Origin: an uncultured Flavobacteriales bacterium
Lineage (GTDB): Bacteria; Bacteroidota; Bacteroidia; Flavobacteriales; BACL11
Assembly: GCA_905181635.1 (NCBI GenBank)
Contig: CAJIYM010000005.1
Coordinates: forward strand, 113,529 to 177,528
Length of the DNA stretch: 64,000 nucleotides
Direction: 5' to 3'
Shown one piece after another: positions 58,499-64,000 of this stretch. The notes under the pieces are model-generated. The model was not told the origin of the DNA, did not search any database, and worked only from the letters and a program-made list of their open reading frames with translations. The translations under genes and the position numbers were made by a program. How positions within the stretch are numbered: the first letter of the stretch is position 1; each line of letters starts with the position of its first letter.

Positions 58499-60631
58499 AT
58501 GAAGAAAAATAAAAAAAAGAGGCAATCTGATAAAATAGGGTTTTCTAATTCAAAACTATTTGATTTAATATTATCCGTTTTCAGAGAAAATCCAAACAGA
58601 AAACTAAATTATAAGCAGGTTTCTAAAACATTAAAAGTTACAGAGATGGGTGTGAAAATCCAGATTATTGATGTAATGAAAGAAATGGTTACTTCCGGAG
58701 TCTTATCAGAGGGGCAAAGAGGGTCATATCGTTTATTAGAAAAATTATCGACACTTATTACAAATATAAAAAATACAAACAATAGGGGTTCTTACGCAAA
58801 TATTGATGAAGAAAATGAAGTTTTTATTCCAAAAGAATATGCTCAATTTTCTCTAGCGGGTGATGAGGTTGAGATATTACTTTTTCCAAAAAGAAAAAAC
58901 AAACAAGAGGGAGAGGTTGTTAGTGTTATAAAAAGAAGAAAAGAAGAGTTTGTTGGAACAATAGATGATTCTTCTTCTAATTATTTTTTAATTACAGATG
59001 ATAAAAAAATATCTTTTGATGTTTTTATTCCTCCAAAAACAATAAAAAAGGAATATCTCAACAAAAAAGTAGTCGTAAAAGTTGAAGGTTGGGACTCTAA
59101 ATTTAAAAACCCTATTGGTAAAGTAGTTCAGGTTATTGGAGAAATTAATGATCATGATACTGAAATAAATTCGATTTTATATGATTATGGTTTTTCTCCT
59201 AAATTTCCTGAAAAAGTAGAGAGAGAGGCTAATAAAATTGTAGAGGAAATTTCAAAAGATGAGATTAGTAAAAGACTTGATATACGAAGTACAACCACAT
59301 TTACTATCGATCCTAAAGACGCAAAAGATTTTGATGACGCTCTATCTGTTAAAAAAATAAATAATGGAAATTGGGAAATTGGAGTTCATATTGCAGATGT
59401 ATCTCATTATGTAGAGAGGGGTGGTGTTATTGATAAAGAGGCTGTTGAAAGAGCTACATCTGTTTATTTGGTAGACAGGGTAATCCCCATGCTTCCAGAG
59501 ATACTTTCAAATAATATATGCTCATTAAAGCCTAATGTTGATCGCCTAGCCTATTCCATTTTTTTTGAAATGGATGAAATGGCTAATCTTGTAGGTTATA
59601 ATATTAAGAAAACTGTCATCCATTCTGATTTTCGTTTTACATACCAAACTGCACAAAATATTATAGACGATAGAAAAGGTCGGCTATCAAAAGAACTTTT
59701 ACTTCTTGACAAATTATCAAAAATATTAAGAGAAAAGAGGAAAAAAAATGGTTCTATCAATTTTGAAAGCTCAGAAGTTAAATTCGTTCTAGACAACAAC
59801 AACAACCCTATTGACGTATATTTTAAAGAAAGTTTGTCTACCAACCATTTAATTGAAGAGTTTATGTTGTTGGCCAATAAAACAGTTGCTAAGCACATTA
59901 GTTCTTCTTCCGGGGGATCTAAGACTTTTGTTTATAGAATACACGATATACCTGATGGTGATAGAATTTCAACGTTAAATAACATTGTTAAAAAGTTTGG
60001 TCATTCTATTAATAATGATTCTTCTGATAAATTATCTCAATCACTAAATAAATTACTTGAAAATGTAAAGGGTAAGGCAGAGCAGCAAATGGTAGAAACG
60101 CTAACAATACGTTCAATGGCAAAAGCAGTTTATACTACTGATAATATAGGTCACTATGGTTTGGCTTTTAAATATTATTCCCATTTTACCTCCCCTATAA
60201 GGCGTTACCCTGACTTAATAGTTCACAGGCTGTTGGATAAATATATGCATAATGGGGATTCCGCTAATAAAGAGTCTGTTGAAAAAATATGTAAGCACTG
60301 TTCAGAAATGGAGAAAGTATCATCAAGGGCTGAGCGTGATTCTATCAAGTATATGCAGGTTAAATTTTTAAAGAATAAAATTGGATCTATTTATGAAGGA
60401 GTAATATCAGGAGTTACAGAATGGGGTTTATATATTGAAATTACTGAAAATAAATGTGAAGGTTTAGTTAAAGTAAGTAGTATTAAAAACGACCATTATG
60501 TTTTTGATGAAAAAAAATATGCATTAATTGGATATAAAACAAAATCTAGCTACCAATTAGGACAAAAAGTAAAAATTAAGGTCCAAAGAGCAGACTCAGA
60601 TAAGAAACAAATGGATTTTGTTTTAGTTTAA
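58499..60631 (+). CDS. rnr: Ribonuclease R
   Basis: TIDPKDAKDFDDA, HIADVSHY, IEEFMLLAN, HFTSPIRRYPD, C-terminal S1 domain. Confidence 0.96.
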   Translation: MKKNKKKRQSDKIGFSNSKLFDLILSVFRENPNRKLNYKQVSKTLKVTEMGVKIQIIDVMKEMVTSGVLSEGQRGSYRLLEKLSTLITNIKNTNNRGSYANIDEENEVFIPKEYAQFSLAGDEVEILLFPKRKNKQEGEVVSVIKRRKEEFVGTIDDSSSNYFLITDDKKISFDVFIPPKTIKKEYLNKKVVVKVEGWDSKFKNPIGKVVQVIGEINDHDTEINSILYDYGFSPKFPEKVEREANKIVEEISKDEISKRLDIRSTTTFTIDPKDAKDFDDALSVKKINNGNWEIGVHIADVSHYVERGGVIDKEAVERATSVYLVDRVIPMLPEILSNNICSLKPNVDRLAYSIFFEMDEMANLVGYNIKKTVIHSDFRFTYQTAQNIIDDRKGRLSKELLLLDKLSKILREKRKKNGSINFESSEVKFVLDNNNNPIDVYFKESLSTNHLIEEFMLLANKTVAKHISSSSGGSKTFVYRIHDIPDGDRISTLNNIVKKFGHSINNDSSDKLSQSLNKLLENVKGKAEQQMVETLTIRSMAKAVYTTDNIGHYGLAFKYYSHFTSPIRRYPDLIVHRLLDKYMHNGDSANKESVEKICKHCSEMEKVSSRAERDSIKYMQVKFLKNKIGSIYEGVISGVTEWGLYIEITENKCEGLVKVSSIKNDHYVFDEKKYALIGYKTKSSYQLGQKVKIKVQRADSDKKQMDFVLV

Positions 60632-62824
60632 TTACTCTTTAATCCATTTTCTTGTTTCACTCCAATCACTTCCTTCAAATTTTATTTTATATATTCCTTT
60701 TAAAAGTTTTGAAACATTTAAATAATCTTTATTTGAAGCTTTATTTTCAATAACTAATCTACCTGTAATATCGTATATTTTAATCAGTGTATTATCTTCT
60801 TTTAAATTTGATATATATATTTTATCAGTTCCTGGGTTAGGATAAATATTAACTCTATTAGGTCCATTTAATTCTACCCCTATACTAGCAACAGCACACG
60901 CATTATAACCTGAATTAACGGCTGTTGTAATATCTGTTGATGATGCATTATCAATTTGATTATTATTGTCAATAAACATTCCTACAATATGAATTTGTGA
61001 TTGATCCCAAGAAGGATCTAAAGTAAATTCAAAACAAATAGTTTCTGTATCTCCTACTAAAAGAGAAGTTGAGCTTAAAGATTCTCCTTCAAATCCTGGT
61101 GCAACACCTCTTGCTACGTGACGATAAATCATTTGTGAAGCAGGAACATTTGACGGCATATTAGCCCAATCACTTCCATCTACATCTATTAATGATCCAG
61201 AACCTCCACCACTATATGAATTAGATTGATAAAAAGAATTAGCTGTTCCTGTAACAGAATCCTCTACTAAAACACATGCTAAACTATAATTTCCATTAAT
61301 ATTATTTTGAATATCAACAGTAAGAGATACTTTTAAAATATTACCATTTAATTCTGCTCCATTTGATATAATACCATTTGGTGCAACAATAATTCTTTGT
61401 AAAAAATCTTGTTTAAATGCACCTGGATCTATATCAGAACCTCTATCAACAAGTCCACTAGGATAACCAGAAATATAAGGAGCCATTCCATTATCGTAAT
61501 CAGGATCAGTCATAGGATCTCCATTATGCACAGCTATTCCTTGCCAATATCCTTCATAATCTTTATCCATCCAATTTAATGCTACTGCACCCCTTGGACA
61601 CCACCCACACCAAGTACCTGTCGCTTCTTCCCCAATAACTAATTTACCTTCCGCTGGAATGATTGCTTCTATTTGAATTGACATTATATCATCAAGTGGG
61701 TCATCATCAGGTCCTAAATTATTTACATTATAAACAGTTGCTGTTCCTATATTTATTCCTCCTATTAATGTTATTCCATTAGTCATATTAACATTATAAA
61801 CATCTTGAGTTGACATATTTACACCACTAATATTTTCAGTTATTGTAGTTCCATTATATTCAAAATCTATATCAAATGATGTAATATTAGATATTCCTAA
61901 ATTCCTTACATCTACAGATGGATTTCTATCTTGTCCTGCTAAACCTGTAATTGAATTAACTAATATAACCTGGGCATTTAAATTTTCTAAATTTGGTTCT
62001 ATATATGACCAACAAACATCATCTACATAAAATTGATGTCCTATAATTGGATATAAATCTAATGATGCTATTTTATTTACTGAATTTGTAAAACTTCCTT
62101 GACTTTGATTATCTATAAATAATTCCCAATTATTATTTGTTAAATCACAAACTAGTTTTAATTCAAACCAAACTTCTTCAGGATATGTAGTTGTTAAATA
62201 ATTAAAACCATTTCCTGTATTTTCTAAAATTAAAGATCCTAAATCCATTTTACAATCTAAAGACCATACATTTCCAGGTATATTTTCAGCTTGAAAATTA
62301 AAATATGCTCCTGTTCCTGCATTAATATAAAACATTGAGGAAAATTCAAATATACCTAATTCATATGGTGCTGCAGTTCCAAAAGGTAAAACAATATCTT
62401 GAGCACCTTGAGAGGCGCCGGAAAATAAATATAAAGAATTTAAACCACTGTAACTCATAATATTACTAATATTAGCATCATCTGCAAAAGGTGCTGTAGT
62501 TCCACTCATTAATTCTCCCCAAGTATTCCAATCTGATAATGTTTGAGCTACTGGATCACCATTTTGAAATGAATCAAAATTTTCACATACACTTGTTTGA
62601 GGTGGATTTGAAGAACAAGGTCCGGATGTCCAAGAAGTATTACCTCCAACTACTTCTGCATAACATTCATTATCATAAGTAACCCCATCACATCCACAAA
62701 CCTCATTAATTAACGTAAAACAAAAAGCTGTTGGATCTATCAAACTACTATCTACACAAGTTATTTGTGCATTTGAATTGAAAAAAATTAAAGTTCCAAT
62801 TAATAAAGTAAATATATTTTTCAT
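60632..62824 (-). CDS. T9SS type-A secreted protein with Kazal-like, LamG-like and Omp28 (thioredoxin-like) domains
   Basis: Signal peptide; VCGCDGVTYDNEC; EEATGTWCGWCPRG..HNGDPM..GYP..HVAR; C-terminal IYPNP..YDITG..GIY. Confidence 0.82.
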   Translation of the reverse strand: MKNIFTLLIGTLIFFNSNAQITCVDSSLIDPTAFCFTLINEVCGCDGVTYDNECYAEVVGGNTSWTSGPCSSNPPQTSVCENFDSFQNGDPVAQTLSDWNTWGELMSGTTAPFADDANISNIMSYSGLNSLYLFSGASQGAQDIVLPFGTAAPYELGIFEFSSMFYINAGTGAYFNFQAENIPGNVWSLDCKMDLGSLILENTGNGFNYLTTTYPEEVWFELKLVCDLTNNNWELFIDNQSQGSFTNSVNKIASLDLYPIIGHQFYVDDVCWSYIEPNLENLNAQVILVNSITGLAGQDRNPSVDVRNLGISNITSFDIDFEYNGTTITENISGVNMSTQDVYNVNMTNGITLIGGINIGTATVYNVNNLGPDDDPLDDIMSIQIEAIIPAEGKLVIGEEATGTWCGWCPRGAVALNWMDKDYEGYWQGIAVHNGDPMTDPDYDNGMAPYISGYPSGLVDRGSDIDPGAFKQDFLQRIIVAPNGIISNGAELNGNILKVSLTVDIQNNINGNYSLACVLVEDSVTGTANSFYQSNSYSGGGSGSLIDVDGSDWANMPSNVPASQMIYRHVARGVAPGFEGESLSSTSLLVGDTETICFEFTLDPSWDQSQIHIVGMFIDNNNQIDNASSTDITTAVNSGYNACAVASIGVELNGPNRVNIYPNPGTDKIYISNLKEDNTLIKIYDITGRLVIENKASNKDYLNVSKLLKGIYKIKFEGSDWSETRKWIKE

Positions 62825-63382
62825 AGTTTTAAAGTTAATTATTTAGAGTATAAAAGTATACAAATTTATTTAAAGTAAAAATTGAGTTAACAGTAATTAT
62901 ATATAATATATATATTATTTATTTAAAATTAAAAAAGATTTATGTATATATATATAAGCTGTTAGTTTGGTTTATAATTATTTAATATTAAAGTAGGATT
63001 AATTATTTTTTAAAATAAACCAACAATAAATAAATAACAATGTTAATTTTTAAGCTATAAAAATCAATTACTTGTGTATTTAATTAACTAATAAATTAAA
63101 TTGTTAATAAGCTTGTTTAACTATAAAATATTAATAAATAATTATAAATTTACAATCAAATAAAGTTAATAAGTATACTTAAAAATAAAATATAAATAAT
63201 AGTAAAATTAGTTGACTTTGATTTTCATTATTAGCTTAGTTTTTTAAAATAAATATTGAATAAAAGTTATTATTTTTGACTAGTAATTTATGAACAATTT
63301 TAAGACATAATTTATTAATAACTCAAAAATTTGTACTAGGTTAAATATAATTAATATTAACACCCTGTTAAAAGAATAAATT
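62825..63382. other. 558-bp extremely AT-rich non-coding region with DnaA-box-like 9-mers (candidate replication origin)
   Basis: Largest intergenic gap in the window; TGTTAATAA (63102), AGTTAATAA (63164), TTATGAACA (63288), TTATTAATA (63312), ATATTAACA (63354); (TA)n tracts. Confidence 0.4.
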
Positions 63383-63811
63383 ATGAAAATAGGTTTAGCA
63401 TGCGATCACGCTGGATATGAATTTAAAGAACAATTAAAAAAATATTTATCTAGTAAGGATAATGACATAAATGATTATGGATGTTATTCTTTAGAGAGCG
63501 TTGACTACCCAGATTTTGGACATAAATTAGCAGAAAGTATAGAAAAAGGAGTTAATGAACTGGGTATTCAGTTTTGTGGAACTGGTAATGGAATAAATAT
63601 GTCAGCCAATAAACACCAAGCAATACGGGCTGCACTTTGTTGGAACTCTCACATTGCCGAACAAGCCCGCTTACATAATAATGCAAACATACTTACTATG
63701 CCCGCTCGGCATTTAGACTGGCAGGAAGTAGAGGAAATTGTAGACACATTTCTTAGCACCCAATTTGAAGGAGGAAGACACCAAAAAAGAGTAAAAAAAA
63801 TAAAAATTTAA
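63383..63811 (+). CDS. rpiB: Ribose-5-phosphate isomerase B
   Basis: ACDHAG, SVDYPD, CGTGNG, ANKH, HNNAN, FEGGRH. Confidence 0.95.
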   Translation: MKIGLACDHAGYEFKEQLKKYLSSKDNDINDYGCYSLESVDYPDFGHKLAESIEKGVNELGIQFCGTGNGINMSANKHQAIRAALCWNSHIAEQARLHNNANILTMPARHLDWQEVEEIVDTFLSTQFEGGRHQKRVKKIKI

Positions 63812-63818
63812 AATAACT

Positions 63819-64000
63819 ATGAAAAGAACACTACTAACTTTATTAAGCGTACTATTTTGTGCAATAACTTTTGCTCAGAGTGTACCACAAGGAATCAATT
63901 ACCAAGCTGTAGCCAGAGATGCAAATGGAGATGTACTGATGAATCAAGCTTTAACGATTCAGTTTTCTGTTATATCAGATATAACTACTTCAGCTGTAAG
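63819..64000 (+). CDS. Exported Bacteroidota surface protein, 5' part (runs off the window end)
   Basis: MKRTLLTLLSVLFCAITFAQSVPQGINYQAVARDANG...: signal peptide plus the PQG.NYQAVAR N-terminal motif common in Bacteroidota surface proteins; absent from the ORF track because it is truncated. Confidence 0.8.
   Translation, partial: MKRTLLTLLSVLFCAITFAQSVPQGINYQAVARDANGDVLMNQALTIQFSVISDITTSAV

Noticed and set aside
361-59898. Many 60-110 aa ORFs nested in or antisense to called genes (e.g. 1113-1415, 25188-25472, 32928-33257, 39992-40300, 55538-55768, 59596-59898)
   Set aside because: They overlap well-supported genes and show no independent coding signal
62891-62930. Possible dif site (ATAATATATATATTATTT)
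   Set aside because: No proper XerD arm (TTATGTTAAAT) and wrong spacing; better explained as a TA tract
1-64000. CRISPR array, rRNA, riboswitch/T-box, intact IS or prophage
   Set aside because: No spaced direct repeats, transposase, integrase or phage genes were seen, and the leaders of the tRNA synthetase and pur genes are too short for such RNA elements

Overview
This is an AT-rich, very gene-dense chromosomal segment from a Bacteroidota bacterium, most likely a streamlined member of Flavobacteriales. Supporting signs are gldH, T9SS type A and type B sorting domains, TAnnTTTG promoters and the conserved holB-ricT-gldH-PBP1A and ileS-dksA-lspA gene orders. Content is mostly housekeeping: the SUF Fe-S operon with DUF59/DUF2480/DUF3050, four aminoacyl-tRNA synthetase genes, purF, purN, asd, uvrC, glycolytic genes, acpP-fabF-rnc, rnhA, rnr, rpiB and tRNA-Asn. 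I saw no CRISPR array, rRNA, intact IS or prophage. The most notable observations are: (1) a RicT/PSP1 protein with a C-terminal CDGSH-type [2Fe-2S] motif; (2) six genes whose start codon lies exactly 4 nt after a -7 promoter element, suggesting leaderless mRNAs; (3) a DPP7-type S46 peptidase with an extra C-terminal module; (4) a CSAD/GAD-like decarboxylase with an unusual selectivity motif; (5) a probable AUA-initiated rnc with a hairpin in its first codons; (6) a split DUF6695 permuted papain-like gene next to a redoxin; (7) a decayed insertion with a recombinase-like remnant; (8) an extremely AT-rich oriC-like region before rpiB. All family calls come from motif recognition by eye; no database searches were run.
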